Origin: an uncultured delta proteobacterium
GTDB taxonomy: Bacteria; Myxococcota_A; Polyangia; Polyangiales; Houyiibacteriaceae
Direction: 5' to 3'
DNA: 64,000 nucleotides
Assembly (NCBI GenBank): GCA_963699755.1
Contig: CAVOVB010000007.1
Coordinates: 320,001 to 384,000, forward strand
The translations under genes were made by a program, and so were the position numbers. The notes beneath the pieces are model-generated. The model was not told the origin of the DNA and did no database searches. It saw only the letters and a program-made list of their open reading frames with translations. Each line of letters starts with the position of its first letter. Position 1 is the stretch's first letter. Below are positions 11,522 through 23,298 of this stretch, piece after piece.

Positions 11522-14500
11522 TTACTCTTCCTCCGCAGCAAGGACGTCATCCGATCTACGCCCCAATTGACTCGTCTCGACCAACTCGACGTTCAGGCAA
11601 AGTGCCTGAAGCTCCTTCATGAGGACGTTGAAGCTCTCGGGCAGTCCCGCTTCGAGCTGGTAGTCCCCCTTGACAATCGATTCATACATTCGCGTGCGGC
11701 CCTGCACGTCGTCGGACTTGACGGTGAGGAACTCCTGAAGCGCGTATGCGGCGCCATAGGCTTCCATCGCCCAGACCTCCATCTCACCGAGCCTCTGCCC
11801 GCCGAACTGCGCCTTGCCACCCAGCGGCTGCTGCGTGACCAGCGAGTACGGACCGATGCTTCGTGCGTGGATCTTGTCGTCGACCAGATGGTGCAGCTTC
11901 AGCATGTACATGATACCGACGGTGACGTCCTCGTGGAACGCATCGCCGGTGCGCCCATCGAAGAGCACCGTCTGACCGTTGTCCTGCACTCCCGCGAGCC
12001 TGAGGAGAGCTTTGATCTCTTCCTCACTTGCACCGTCGAAAACCGGTGTCGCCAGTTGCAGGCCGTGCTTCCAGCTCTTGGCCATCTCGGCGACCTCGCC
12101 ATCCGGGAGCGCCTCGAGCATCTTCACGACGTCGCCCTCCCTGAAGATCGCCCGGATCCGCTCGCGAAGCTCCGAAGCGCTGGCCTTGGCCTCGATCATC
12201 TCCTGCAGCTGTGTGCCAAGCAGATAGCCTGCCCAGCCGAGATGAGTCTCGAGGATCTGGCCGACGTTCATACGGCTCGGAACGCCAAGCGGATTCAGAA
12301 CGATATCGACCGGCTTGCCGTTCGGAAGGTACGGCATGTCCTCTTCCGGAAGAATTCGGCTGACGACACCCTTGTTACCGTGGCGACCGGCCATCTTGTC
12401 GCCGACCTGGAGCTTGCGCTTGATGGCGACGTAGACCTTCACCATCTTGATGACACCCGGAGGAAGCTCGTCACCCTTGCCGAGCTTGTCGATCTTCTCC
12501 TGGAACAGCATCTTGACGGCATCGACTTGATCGTCGACCTGCTCGAGAATCGCGTCGGTCTTTTCTTTGCCCTTGTCGACCTCGATGTGCGCCCAGTACT
12601 TGTGCGGAATCGAATCGAGGGCCTCATTCGTGATCTTGGCACCCTTGGCGAGGAGCTCTGCCCCCTTGTCGCCAACCAGCTTCGCCGTCGCGGTGCTGCC
12701 CACGAAGTATTTGCGAACGCGATCATGGGCGGAGTCGAGAACGATCTTGATCTCGTCCGCCATGTCCTTTTCGAGCTTGGCTCGCTCGGTCTCCTCGATT
12801 TGAAGCGAGCGCTCGTCCTTCTCGGTACCCTTTCGCGCGAACACGCGAGCGTCGATCACGATGCCGGTCACCCCGGGCGGCACCTTAAGTGAGGTGTCGC
12901 GGACGTCGCCAGCCTTCTCACCGAATATGGCGCGAAGAAGCTTCTCTTCGGGCGAGAGCTGTGTCTCACCCTTCGGCGTGATCTTGCCGACCAAGATGTC
13001 GCCAGAGCTGACTTCGGCCCCGATTCGGACGATGCCGGACTCATCGAGGTCCTTGAGTGCCTCCTCACCGACGTTCGGAATGTCCCGGGTAATCTCTTCC
13101 TTGCCGAGCTTCGTGTCACGAGCGACGCACTCGAACTCCTCGATATGGACGGACGTGTAGACGTCGTCCTTGGCAATCCGCTCGGAAAGCAGGATCGAGT
13201 CCTCGAAGTTGTAGCCGCCCCAGGGCATGAAAGCGACGATGACGTTCTGGCCTAGCGCGAGCTCGCCACGATCGGTGCTCGGCCCGTCCGCAATGACATC
13301 ACCGGCCTTTACCCGGTCTCCAGGGCGAACGATCGGCGTTTGGTTGTACGCCGTGTTCTGATTGGAGCGTTGGAACTTGTTGAGGCGGTAAATGTCCGGG
13401 AACGCGCCTGCTAGCCCTTCGGCCTTGACGACGATACGCGTCGCGTCAACCGATTCGACCACGCCGTCCTGCTGCGCAACGACGCAAACGCCCGAGTCTC
13501 GCGCCACGCGCCCTTCGATACCGGTGCCGGCGATCGGAGCGTGAGTGCGGACGCAAGGCACGGCCTGCCGCTGCATGTTCGAGCCCATCAAGGCGCGGTT
13601 TGCGTCGTCATGCTCGAGGAACGGGATCAGGGAAGCGGCAACTGAAACCAGCTGGTTCGGTGACACGTCCATCAACTGAACGGTCTTGGGTGGCACCATC
13701 ACGAACTCCCCATTGAAGCGCGCGCTGATCAGCGTCCCCTCGAGCTTGCGGCTCAGGTGGTCGATCTTCGCGTTCGCTTGGGCGATATGGTGTCCCTCCT
13801 CTTCGAGGGCCGAGTACCAGCGGACGTGGTCGTCGAGGACGATTCCGTCTTCTACCTTTCGGTACGGAGTCTCGACGAAGCCAAACTCGTTGACACGAGC
13901 ATAGGTCGATAGGGATGCGATCAGACCGATGTTCGGACCTTCCGGCGTCTCGATCGGACAGATTCGACCGTAGTGCGTCGTGTGAACGTCGCGAACTTCG
14001 AAGCCCGCACGCTCGCGCGTCAAACCACCAGGCCCGAGCGCCGAGAGACGCCGCTTGTGGGTCACCTCGCTGAGCGGGTTGGTCTGGTCCATGAATTGCG
14101 AGAGCTGACTAGAACCGAAGTACTCCTTCACGACCGCGCTCACGGGCTTCGCGTTGATTAGATCGTGGGGCATGAGCGTCTCGATTTCTTGAGACATGTT
14201 CATGCGCTCTTTGATCGCGCGCTCCATCCGTACGAGGCCAATGCGGTACTGATTCTCCATCAGCTCGCCGACTGCACGAACGCGTCGATTGCCCAAATGA
14301 TCGATGTCGTCGATCGAGCCGCGGCCGTTCTTGAGCTCGATGAGGTTCTTGACCGTCTCGAGAATGTCGGTGTTGGTGAGGACCGTGTGATTGAGGTCGG
14401 GTCGCTCTTCCTCTGGGACCTCCCTGTAGAACTTGTAGTTGAGCTTGAGACGCCCGACCTGGCTCAGGTCGTAGCGCTCTGGATTGAAGAACAGGTTGGT

Positions 14501-15676
14501 GAAGAGATTCCGCGCGGTGTCGAGCGTAGGCGGATCGCCCGGACGCAGTCTCCGGTAGATCTCTAGGATGCCTTCGTCCTGCGACTGCACCTTGTCGACG
14601 AGCAGTGTGTCTCTCAAGTAGCTGCCGACGTTGAGACCGTCGATGAAGAGTACTTTGAACTCGTTGACCCCGGCGTCCCGGAGCGCGTCGATGCGACCCT
14701 CGGTCACCTCTTCGTTGACCGCCAGCAAGATCTCGCCTGTGTCCTCGTCGATGACGTCTTCGGCAGCAACCTTGCCAATCACCTCGGTGAAGTCGATCGG
14801 AAGGTAGTCGAGACCGGCGGACTTGAGCTTTCGAATCGCGGCGCGGGTGAACTTGCGGTTCTTCCGGACGAGCACGTCGTCGCCGACGGTGATGTCATGC
14901 GTGGCGCGCTGGCCGGGTAGAAGATCATACTCGATCGACTTCGCGTACTGATCCTTCGAGAGGATGTAGATCGTCTCGGTGTCATAGTAGTGGTTGAGAA
15001 GCTCCTGGGTGTTGTACCCGAGCGCCTTGAGCAGCACCGTGGCCGGCATCTTGCGGCGGCGGTCGATTCGGACGTAGAGCAAATCCTTCGGGTCGAACTC
15101 GAAATCGAGCCACGAGCCACGATAAGGGATGATGCGCGCCTGGTAGAGCAGCTTGCCGGACGAGTGCGTCTTGCCACGGTCGTGGTCGAAGAAGACGCCG
15201 GGGCTGCGGTGAAGCTGGCTGACGACGACGCGTTCGGTTCCGTTGATGATGAACGTACCGTTCACCGTCATGAGCGGGATCTCGCCGAAGTAGACTTCCT
15301 GCTCCTTGATATCTCGGACGGCTCGCTCCGTGCTGTCACCGCCGGCGTCGTAGATGATGAGCTGAATCGTCACCTTGATCGGCGCCGCATAGGTCATCCC
15401 ACGCTGACGACACTCGTCGACGTCGTATTTGGGTCGTTCGAGCGTGTACCCACTGAACACCAACTCGCTCGTTCCATTGAAGTCGCGAATCGGGAACACA
15501 CTGTTGAAAACCCCCTGGAGACCGGTGTTCTCCCGATCATCTCTGGGCACGTCTGTTTGAAGGAACTTGTCGTACGACCGCTTTTGAATGTCGATCAGAT
15601 TCGGGATCTCGAGGATGTGCTCGATCTTCCCGAAGGAGTGTCGCATTCGAAAGTTCGTCTGAATCGTCGCCGCCAT
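11522..15676 (-). CDS. rpoB: DNA-directed RNA polymerase beta subunit
   Basis: [29 protein letters not shown] and [12 protein letters not shown], 1384 aa. Confidence 0.99.
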   Translation of the reverse strand: MAATIQTNFRMRHSFGKIEHILEIPNLIDIQKRSYDKFLQTDVPRDDRENTGLQGVFNSVFPIRDFNGTSELVFSGYTLERPKYDVDECRQRGMTYAAPIKVTIQLIIYDAGGDSTERAVRDIKEQEVYFGEIPLMTVNGTFIINGTERVVVSQLHRSPGVFFDHDRGKTHSSGKLLYQARIIPYRGSWLDFEFDPKDLLYVRIDRRRKMPATVLLKALGYNTQELLNHYYDTETIYILSKDQYAKSIEYDLLPGQRATHDITVGDDVLVRKNRKFTRAAIRKLKSAGLDYLPIDFTEVIGKVAAEDVIDEDTGEILLAVNEEVTEGRIDALRDAGVNEFKVLFIDGLNVGSYLRDTLLVDKVQSQDEGILEIYRRLRPGDPPTLDTARNLFTNLFFNPERYDLSQVGRLKLNYKFYREVPEEERPDLNHTVLTNTDILETVKNLIELKNGRGSIDDIDHLGNRRVRAVGELMENQYRIGLVRMERAIKERMNMSQEIETLMPHDLINAKPVSAVVKEYFGSSQLSQFMDQTNPLSEVTHKRRLSALGPGGLTRERAGFEVRDVHTTHYGRICPIETPEGPNIGLIASLSTYARVNEFGFVETPYRKVEDGIVLDDHVRWYSALEEEGHHIAQANAKIDHLSRKLEGTLISARFNGEFVMVPPKTVQLMDVSPNQLVSVAASLIPFLEHDDANRALMGSNMQRQAVPCVRTHAPIAGTGIEGRVARDSGVCVVAQQDGVVESVDATRIVVKAEGLAGAFPDIYRLNKFQRSNQNTAYNQTPIVRPGDRVKAGDVIADGPSTDRGELALGQNVIVAFMPWGGYNFEDSILLSERIAKDDVYTSVHIEEFECVARDTKLGKEEITRDIPNVGEEALKDLDESGIVRIGAEVSSGDILVGKITPKGETQLSPEEKLLRAIFGEKAGDVRDTSLKVPPGVTGIVIDARVFARKGTEKDERSLQIEETERAKLEKDMADEIKIVLDSAHDRVRKYFVGSTATAKLVGDKGAELLAKGAKITNEALDSIPHKYWAHIEVDKGKEKTDAILEQVDDQVDAVKMLFQEKIDKLGKGDELPPGVIKMVKVYVAIKRKLQVGDKMAGRHGNKGVVSRILPEEDMPYLPNGKPVDIVLNPLGVPSRMNVGQILETHLGWAGYLLGTQLQEMIEAKASASELRERIRAIFREGDVVKMLEALPDGEVAEMAKSWKHGLQLATPVFDGASEEEIKALLRLAGVQDNGQTVLFDGRTGDAFHEDVTVGIMYMLKLHHLVDDKIHARSIGPYSLVTQQPLGGKAQFGGQRLGEMEVWAMEAYGAAYALQEFLTVKSDDVQGRTRMYESIVKGDYQLEAGLPESFNVLMKELQALCLNVELVETSQLGRRSDDVLAAEEE

Positions 15677-15825
15677 GAGAGAGACTCCTACCGAACCACT
15701 GCTACTGGAACCCTAAAGCCAAGAATTAAGAGACAAGTGCACGACAAGGAGACCCTTTGGCCTCCCGCCGTGTTGCGGAAAGTCGTAAATACTGCGCTGC
15801 GCGAACCGGTGCTGCCCCGGCCGAG

Positions 15826-15853
15826 AACCTAACCCGGCCGGACCATGTGTCAA
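15826..15853 (-). promoter_or_regulatory. Sigma70-type promoter upstream of rpoB
   Basis: Minus strand TTGACA-N16-TAGGTT in the rplL-rpoB spacer. Confidence 0.6.
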
Positions 15854-15890
15854 GTCGCGACACAGGGCTCCGAGAGATAACCCCATAGGG

Positions 15891-16274
15891 TTATTTGACG
15901 GTGACCTTCGCGCCAGCTTCTTCGAGCTTCTTCTTGATTTCTTCGGCCTCTTCCTTGGAAACGGCCTCTTTGACGACTTTGGGAGCTGCTTCCACCAAGG
16001 CTTTGGCGTCCGCCAAGCCGAGCTGGGTGATCTCGCGGATGGCCTTGATCACGTTGATCTTCTTGGCACCCGCTTCGGTCAGCTCGACGTCGAACTCCGT
16101 CTGCTCTTCGGCTGGCTCTGCAGCTCCGCCGCCCGCGGGTCCTGCTACGGCTACCGCTGCCGGTGCTGCCGAAACGCCCCACTTCGCCTCGAGCTCTTTG
16201 ACTAGGTTCGCAACTTCCATGACGGTCCAGGAGCTGAGCTCTTCGACCATCTGTTCCACGTTCATATTTGGCAT
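15891..16274 (-). CDS. rplL: 50S ribosomal protein L7/L12
   Basis: WGVSAA hinge, [20 protein letters not shown]. Confidence 0.98.
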   Translation of the reverse strand: MPNMNVEQMVEELSSWTVMEVANLVKELEAKWGVSAAPAAVAVAGPAGGGAAEPAEEQTEFDVELTEAGAKKINVIKAIREITQLGLADAKALVEAAPKVVKEAVSKEEAEEIKKKLEEAGAKVTVK

Positions 16275-16325
16275 TCTTGACTCTCCGCTAACCGTGCGTG
16301 CGACACGGCAGAAGTTGTTGTTGGA

Positions 16326-16895
16326 TTACTCGCCTGCCTCTTTGCGCCGGTACGCATCGAGAATGAGAGCGAGGTTTTGGCCCGGTGCATTGATCTGGGC
16401 GACCAGGTTCTGCATGGGCGCCATGAGCTGCGCGAGCAGCGAAGCGCGAATTTCGTCCTTGCCTGGAAGCGTTGCAAGCTCTTGCTCGACTCGCTTCGCG
16501 TCCAGTACGTGACCTTCGAGCACGGCACACTTGACAAGAAGCTTTTGAGTTCCGTCCTTTGGTTGAAGGACGTCGGTGTGCTCCTTGCGGAAGCTCTTGA
16601 TCACCTTCGCGGCAGCCGAAGGGTCTTCGAAGCTCCAAGCGATCGCCGTCGGGCCAGCGAGATGGGCGGTGAATTCTTCGTTGTCGACAAGCTCGGAACC
16701 TTCGAGCGCTTTGCGGACGACGTTGTTCTTGACGACCTTGTACTCGACGCCAGCGGCGCGGAAGCGCGCGCGGAGGTCGGTGATCAGCTCCACGTTGACG
16801 CCACGAAAGTCGACGAGCACTGTTGCGCTCGCACTATTGAAGCTTTCGCGGACCGACGCGGCCTGAGCTGCTTTGTCTTGTCGTGTAAGGCTCAT
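16326..16895 (-). CDS. rplJ: 50S ribosomal protein L10
   Basis: DFRGVNV...LR...YKVVKN, GPTAIA, LATLP; expected synteny. Confidence 0.96.
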   Translation of the reverse strand: MSLTRQDKAAQAASVRESFNSASATVLVDFRGVNVELITDLRARFRAAGVEYKVVKNNVVRKALEGSELVDNEEFTAHLAGPTAIAWSFEDPSAAAKVIKSFRKEHTDVLQPKDGTQKLLVKCAVLEGHVLDAKRVEQELATLPGKDEIRASLLAQLMAPMQNLVAQINAPGQNLALILDAYRRKEAGE

Positions 16896-16897
16896 GA

Positions 16898-17596
16898 CTA
16901 CGCCTCCACCTCTATGGTGCCAGGGTCAACCTTGATTCCAGGGCCCATCGTGGAGCTCAGGGTGATGCTACGAAGATAGGTGCCCTTCGCGGCAGCCGGC
17001 TTGGCCTTCACGAGCGCGCCGACCAGCGACCTCACGTTGCCCGCGAGCTCCGTGTCTCCAAAGGATTTCTTGCCCACCTGTGCATGGACGATGCCCGCTT
17101 TTTCGGCGCGGAACTCGACCTTACCCGCCTTCGCCTCGCGAACGGCCTTGCTCACGTCGAAGGTGACGGTGCCTACCTTTGGGTTCGGCATCAGGCCGCG
17201 AGGACCGAGAACGCGACCCAAGCGGCCAACCTGCCCCATCATGTCGGGCGTCGCGATGACGGTGTCGAACTCCAGCCAACCCTCGGCGATCTTGGCGACC
17301 AAATCATCGCCGCCGACGAAATCGGCGCCTGCCTGCTCTGCCTCGCTCACCTTCTCGCCCTTGGCAAAAACGAGAACGCGGTTGGTCTTGCCCGTGCCAT
17401 GGGGCAGGACGACGGCGCCGCGAACCATCTGGTCCGCGTGCTTGGGATCCACGCCGAGTCGCACCGCAACGTCGACCGACTCATCGAAGTTGGCGAATGC
17501 CAATTCCTTGACGAGCGATACTGCTTCGATGAGTGCGTAGCGGCGGCTCTTGTCGGGGTTCTTAAGGGCACCCGCGCGCTTTTTTCCGGGTTTCAT
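16898..17596 (-). CDS. rplA: 50S ribosomal protein L1
   Basis: Start corrected to ATG 17596 (SD aaggag). [30 protein letters not shown]. Confidence 0.97.
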   Translation of the reverse strand: MKPGKKRAGALKNPDKSRRYALIEAVSLVKELAFANFDESVDVAVRLGVDPKHADQMVRGAVVLPHGTGKTNRVLVFAKGEKVSEAEQAGADFVGGDDLVAKIAEGWLEFDTVIATPDMMGQVGRLGRVLGPRGLMPNPKVGTVTFDVSKAVREAKAGKVEFRAEKAGIVHAQVGKKSFGDTELAGNVRSLVGALVKAKPAAAKGTYLRSITLSSTMGPGIKVDPGTIEVEA

Positions 17597-17597
17597 T

Positions 17598-17632
17598 GTG
17601 ACTCCTTGCGGCGACTCGAGGCCGCCTACCAC
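17598..17632 (-). promoter_or_regulatory. Candidate L1-binding autoregulatory structure covering the rplA SD
   Basis: GUGG-UA-GGCGGC-cucga-GUCGCC-GCAAGGAG-UCAC: two helices with an asymmetric internal loop. Confidence 0.45.
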
Positions 17633-17682
17633 CAACGGGGTCCCTGGGTGGTTCAGGGGAGCGAACTGAATCGCCAACAGAG

Positions 17683-18105
17683 CTAATCGACTAACTCGAC
17701 CCCCATAGACCGCGCGGTGCCGATGATGCTTTGCATGCATGTCTCGAGCGAGCCGGCGTTGGTATCTTGAAGCTTGACCTGAGCGATTTCCTTCACCTGG
17801 TCCAAAGTGATCTTGCCGACCTTGTCCTTGTTCGGGCGTGCAGAGCCCGACTCCAGATTCAAAGCCTTCTTGATCAAGACAGCCGCAGGCGGCGTCTTCA
17901 TGATGAAGCTGAAGGAGCGATCCTGGTAAACGGAGATCACCACTGGGATGATCAGACCCGCATCCTTCTGGGTCTTTGCGTTGAACTCCTTGCAGAACGC
18001 CATGATGTTGACGCCGTGCTGACCGAGCGCAGGCCCGACCGGTGGAGAAGGGTTGGCCTTCCCTGCAGGAAGCTGAAGTTTGATTTGTCCGATGACCTTT
18101 TTCAT
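17683..18105 (-). CDS. rplK: 50S ribosomal protein L11
   Basis: [35 protein letters not shown]. Confidence 0.98.
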   Translation of the reverse strand: MKKVIGQIKLQLPAGKANPSPPVGPALGQHGVNIMAFCKEFNAKTQKDAGLIIPVVISVYQDRSFSFIMKTPPAAVLIKKALNLESGSARPNKDKVGKITLDQVKEIAQVKLQDTNAGSLETCMQSIIGTARSMGVELVD

Positions 18106-18375
18106 GGGGACGGGGTTCTCCGGAGCGGCGAGTCATGCCTCAGGGCACGAATAATGCAAGCCGATTTCTCTGACATCTCGATCAGTTGCGGAATTTCGGA
18201 TCCTGAGGGCGTCCAACCGGATCAGCTGGTGAGCCACCCGAGAGGGATGAGGGAGGAATACTGCAAGTATTTCGATGCGATAGACCGAGGAGATAGGCTT
18301 CCAGATGCGCTCTCTGAGCTTGACGGGGCTGGGCCCGGGCGGCTCGTCCCGCCTCACCATACCGCACACTATCGC

Positions 18376-18900
18376 CTAGTTCGTCTTCTCGACCTGGACG
18401 TAGTCCAGCTCGACCGGCGTGGCGCGACCGAAAATCGACACCAGAACGCGAACCTTGTGCTTCTCGTGGTTCACTTCTTCGATCGAGCCGGTGAAGTTGG
18501 CGAACGCACCGCCGGTGACGCGGACGTGGTCGCCCTTTTCGAACTCGACGCGGGGCTTCGGCTTGGCCGCGCCGTCCTCGACCTGCTGCTCGATCGCGGC
18601 AATCTCGCGCTCGGGAACTGGCGATGGATGCCGTCCGCCGACGAAGCCATTGACCTTGGGCGTATCCTTGATGAGGTGCCAGGTCTCATCATCGAGGTCC
18701 ATCTGGACGAAGATGTAACCAGGATAGAAGGTGCGCGAGCTCAGCCGCGGCTTTCCGCCACGGCTCTCCTGCACGTTCTCCTTCGGGATGAGAATGTTCC
18801 CGAAGCGCGCCTCCATGCCCGCCTGTTTGATTCGCTCTTCCAGCGAGAGCTTCACTTTGTTTTCGTAGCCCGAATAGGCCTGAACCACATACCACTTCAT
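18376..18900 (-). CDS. nusG: Transcription termination/antitermination factor NusG
   Basis: Start corrected to MKWYVVQAYSGYE. YPGYIFVQM and KOW domain VSIFGRATPVEL. Confidence 0.97.
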   Translation of the reverse strand: MKWYVVQAYSGYENKVKLSLEERIKQAGMEARFGNILIPKENVQESRGGKPRLSSRTFYPGYIFVQMDLDDETWHLIKDTPKVNGFVGGRHPSPVPEREIAAIEQQVEDGAAKPKPRVEFEKGDHVRVTGGAFANFTGSIEEVNHEKHKVRVLVSIFGRATPVELDYVQVEKTN

Positions 18901-18905
18901 GGGAC

Positions 18906-19331
18906 TCACACGTTGTAAATGAGGTCTGTGATGTGGGACCAAACCGCGTCGTACACGCCGAGAATGATTGCCGCAATCACGGACACGATGATGACGACGA
19001 TCGTCTGCGACCAGGTTTCCTTGCGCGTCGGCCAGCTCACCTTGGAAAGCTCGACGCACACTTCGACGACGAAAGTATGCACCTTCTTCGAACGATACGC
19101 GATGACCGCCGAGATGAATGCGATCAGGCCAGAGCCGACCGCGATCATCGTTGCGTTTGGCTCAGGGATCGCATCGACACTGTCGGCCAGGATCGTCCAG
19201 AGTGCCGTGCTGCTCTTGATCAGTATCCAGGCGAGCGCGATGGCACAGGCAGCGTAGGCAAACTGCACCCAGCGCTCTACCCCGAGCGTTCCGGTCGGCC
19301 TCGCTTTGTCTTGTTCTTTTGTGATCGCCAT
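18906..19331 (-). CDS. secE: Preprotein translocase subunit SecE (3-TM form)
   Basis: ELSKVSWPTRKET motif; lies between tRNA-Trp and nusG. Confidence 0.93.
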   Translation of the reverse strand: MAITKEQDKARPTGTLGVERWVQFAYAACAIALAWILIKSSTALWTILADSVDAIPEPNATMIAVGSGLIAFISAVIAYRSKKVHTFVVEVCVELSKVSWPTRKETWSQTIVVIIVSVIAAIILGVYDAVWSHITDLIYNV

Positions 19332-19346
19332 CGTTGTTCCTCGCGG

Positions 19347-19420
19347 CAGGCCAGGAGGGATTCGAACCCACAACCCGCGGATTTGGAATCCGCTGCTCTA
19401 CCAATTGGAGCTACTGGCCT
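19347..19420 (-). tRNA. tRNA-Trp (anticodon CCA); 3' CCA not encoded
   Basis: aggccag/ctggcct acceptor stem, gcgga-ttCCAaa-tccgc anticodon arm, GGTTCGAAT T-loop. Confidence 0.96.
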
Positions 19421-19573
19421 AGGAGATAGGTGGGGGTGGTGGGGCGGGACAAACCAACGGGCCGAAGGCCCATCCGGGATCAGTTGGAAACCAAGGCTAT
19501 GGTAACCACCCAATGGCGATAACGCCCACCGCCCATCCTCTCTCGGGCCACCGCCCGTTTGTCTCGATTCTAG

Positions 19574-19735
19574 CTACTTCGTTTCCTTGTGTTCCGTTCG
19601 CCGGTTGCATTTGGGACAGAACTTTCTGAGCGTCAGTCTCTCCTGCTGCCCGGCCTCTCTCAACTTCGTCGTCTGGTAGTTGCGCGTCCCGCACTCATTG
19701 CACGCGAGCGCAACCTTAACTCGCCTTTCACTCAA
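19574..19735 (-). CDS. rpmG: 50S ribosomal protein L33, zinc-binding (C+) form; absent from the ORF track
   Basis: TTG start. MSERRVKVALACNECGTRNYQTTKLREAGQQERLTLRKFCPKCNRRTEHKETK (53 aa). Confidence 0.95.
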   Translation of the reverse strand: MSERRVKVALACNECGTRNYQTTKLREAGQQERLTLRKFCPKCNRRTEHKETK

Positions 19736-19774
19736 TGTCTTGCGGGGATCCCCATCGGCTTCACGTCCACCCTG

Positions 19775-20965
<1,191 letters not shown>

Positions 20966-21023
20966 CGTTGGTTCCCTACTTCGTCGTTCTTCTCGGTGCG
21001 GTTGCCTGGACCCTCAAAACCGT

Positions 21024-21098
21024 TGGAGCCCAGGATGAGACTTGAACTCACGACCTCCCCCTTACCAAGGGGGTGCTCTACCACTGAGCTACCTGGGC
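21024..21098 (-). tRNA. tRNA-Thr (GGT), CCA encoded
   Basis: gcccagg/cctgggc acceptor stem, ccccc-ttGGTaa-ggggg anticodon arm. Confidence 0.96.
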
Positions 21099-21115
21099 AT
21101 AGTCTGATTTGCGGG

Positions 21116-21188
21116 AGCGGGCGACCGGGCTCGAACCGGCGACATTCAGTTTGGAAAACTGAGGCTCTACCAACTGAGCTACACCCGC
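21116..21188 (-). tRNA. tRNA-Gly (TCC)
   Basis: gcgggtg/cgcccgc acceptor stem, tcagt-ttTCCaa-actga anticodon arm. Confidence 0.95.
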
Positions 21189-21212
21189 GTAATCTGTTCG
21201 TTCTTCTCCTAG

Positions 21213-21295
21213 TGGAGGGTGGTGGGTTCGAACCACCGTAGGCATAAGCCGGCAGATTTACAGTCTGCTCCCTTTGACCGCTCGGGCAACCCTCC
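21213..21295 (-). tRNA. tRNA-Tyr (GTA)
   Basis: ggagggt/accctcc acceptor stem, gcaga-ctGTAaa-tctgc, long variable arm. Confidence 0.96.
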
Positions 21296-21319
21296 ATTGT
21301 CATTCATCTTTTCGTGTAG

Positions 21320-21392
21320 AGCTGGCGATGAGACTTGAACTCATAACCGCCGGTTTACAAAACCGGTGCTCTACCAATTGAGCTACGCCAGC
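21320..21392 (-). tRNA. tRNA-Thr (TGT)
   Basis: gctggcg/cgccagc acceptor stem, ccggt-ttTGTaa-accgg. Completes the classic Thr-Tyr-Gly-Thr-tufB arrangement. Confidence 0.95.
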
Positions 21393-21407
21393 AAGACGGC
21401 GGCGGCT

Positions 21408-21436
21408 TTCCTACGTGCCGGCTCGCGCGAAGTCAA
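21408..21436 (-). promoter_or_regulatory. Sigma70-type promoter of the tRNA-tuf operon
   Basis: TTGACT-N17-TAGGAA followed by a GC-rich discriminator-like stretch. Confidence 0.55.
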
Positions 21437-21476
21437 GGTAATCAGCCGGTCGAATCTGACTACATAGACCTACATT

Positions 21477-22733
21477 TCAGCAGAGCCGGGACGGGGAATC
21501 AGCCTTCGCGGTTTCGACGCGGTTCCGCCCGTTGGCCTTCGCGCTGTACATGGCGCTGTCCGAGGCCTTGAGGAGCAGGTCGAGCTCTTCGCCGTGCTCA
21601 GGAAACGCGGCCACTCCAACGCTTGCCGTCACCGAAAGGTACGGCGCGTTCGGGATCTTCATCTTCTCGACCGCAGCCCTGCAGCGCTCAGCAGCGCCCA
21701 TCGCTTGCTTCAAGTCTGCCCCTGGAAGAAGAACCACGAACTCCTCGCCGCCGAAACGCCCGACGATGTCTCCCGCACGCAAAGTGGATTGCATCGCGCG
21801 TGTCGTCTGCTGGAGTACCAGGTCCCCGCGCGCATGACCGTGGGCGTCGTTGATGCGCTTGAAGTGATCCAAATCGAGCATCAAGACCGCGAAGGGCGTC
21901 GCATCGCTGCGGGACTTGAGGAGGGCGCGTTCCATCACGGACATGGCAAAGCCGCGTGTGTAGGCTCCCGTTAGAGAATCGAACTGGGCGGCTTCGGACA
22001 GCGATCGCTCGTCCCGTCGCCATACGCTGATCAGGTGGTCCATGACGACCGCCAGCGGAATGTAGATCAGCGCCGCAGCGACTGCTCGCTCCGCTGTCAC
22101 GCTGGCAGTGTCCGAGTGCTCGAGGGCGACCTCGAACAAGGATTGAAACGGAAGCAGCCCAGCTTTGCCGGCGAAGTGCATCACGAACATCGAGAGGAGC
22201 CAGCCGCCGACGGCGAGCCAGAGCCAGCGGCGCTCGAGAAGCACCATGCCCAAGAGAAGAGCAGCCACGGTGATCAAGCCACTTACCGCCGTGTACGGGC
22301 CGAGCGCGTAACAGACCGCCGTTCCCGTCAAGACGTGCGCCGCAATGGTGACGACGAGGAGCGAAGAGATTTTGGCCTCTCGCCGTTCGTAAAACAAACG
22401 GGTCCAGACGTAGAACCCGAGCCAGAAGAGCAGGCCGGCAACGGAGAGGATCGTCGTCGTTCGCAACGCTGCTTCGCCGGCTGGACGCTGGAGGAGGAAG
22501 GGCCAGCCATCAAGCACCGCGAAGCAGAAGCTCACGATCAGCATCAGAAGCGCGGTTAGAAACTGGACGTATAGTGAGCGGTCCCGAGCATTCCAGCGAA
22601 AGGGCGAGCCCGTGGGGAGAAGCGGCACGCCGAAAGGATTCAAAGACACTCGCGTCCGGGGGCGTGCCCGGCTCTTCGCTCCATCCGAAGGAGAGCGAAC
22701 ATGCGGCGGCTCGCTCTGTAGACTGACGACCAT
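21477..22733 (-). CDS. Membrane-bound diguanylate cyclase (GGDEF)
   Basis: About 6 TM segments; DLDHFKRINDAHGHARGD, RxxD I-site (RAGD), RFGGEEF. Confidence 0.9.
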   Translation of the reverse strand: MVVSLQSEPPHVRSPSDGAKSRARPRTRVSLNPFGVPLLPTGSPFRWNARDRSLYVQFLTALLMLIVSFCFAVLDGWPFLLQRPAGEAALRTTTILSVAGLLFWLGFYVWTRLFYERREAKISSLLVVTIAAHVLTGTAVCYALGPYTAVSGLITVAALLLGMVLLERRWLWLAVGGWLLSMFVMHFAGKAGLLPFQSLFEVALEHSDTASVTAERAVAAALIYIPLAVVMDHLISVWRRDERSLSEAAQFDSLTGAYTRGFAMSVMERALLKSRSDATPFAVLMLDLDHFKRINDAHGHARGDLVLQQTTRAMQSTLRAGDIVGRFGGEEFVVLLPGADLKQAMGAAERCRAAVEKMKIPNAPYLSVTASVGVAAFPEHGEELDLLLKASDSAMYSAKANGRNRVETAKADSPSRLC

Positions 22734-22775
22734 GTCCCCTCTTTCAGGGTAGCAAGGAACCAGGCAGGGGGTTCA

Positions 22776-23147
22776 CTAGGCCGCGTCGTGCAGGCCAATC
22801 GGACGGGTTGCCAGGACGAGCTCTCGGACTCGAACCCAGCGGCGAAGCGAGCGCCAATGGGCGTTGGCCATCACCAGAAACCGAATCGCAGTATCGTTGA
22901 ACAGATAGCCATGGCTGTCGCGGACGACCTCCGCCCCGATCCAGAGCGCCGCGGGCTCACCAGGTAGGCTGAGGCGAATTTGCAGGCGATCGCTCTGCCG
23001 GTTGCCCAAGATGGCCAATGAATCGAGCTGCAAACCGTGCTCCCCTAGGCTGGTCACGAATGCAGGCAAGACCTCTTCGTCAGCGACGAGCTCTGCGTAG
23101 AGCGCCACCGGAACGAGTATCTCGCGCTCTGGGCCCATAGGCATCAT
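22776..23147 (-). CDS. Degenerate PilZ-like domain protein
   Basis: LSLPGEPAALWIGAEVVR...TAIRF...LRRWV resembles the myxobacterial PilZ C-terminal half; ligand motifs are degenerate. Confidence 0.5.
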   Translation of the reverse strand: MMPMGPEREILVPVALYAELVADEEVLPAFVTSLGEHGLQLDSLAILGNRQSDRLQIRLSLPGEPAALWIGAEVVRDSHGYLFNDTAIRFLVMANAHWRSLRRWVRVRELVLATRPIGLHDAA

Positions 23148-23298
23148 CTCCGACGCTAAGGGGAGGCACCGAAGGGGGCAAGAAAGCGACCGGATACGGG
23201 AGGTCCCGAAACGCTCTCATTCCGAGGCGCTGCGCGCTGGGGTCAATCCAAAGGCGCACCTGGTTTGACGGACTGTGCAGGCCTGTGGTACCCGAAAA

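Noticed and set aside
16898..18136. 412-aa ORF suggesting an rplK-rplA fusion
   Set aside because: The extension is out of frame with rplK; rplA has its own SD and ATG at 17596.
18376..19373. Extended N-termini for nusG and secE in the ORF track
   Set aside because: They overlap secE and tRNA-Trp respectively; conserved starts are at 18900 and 19331.
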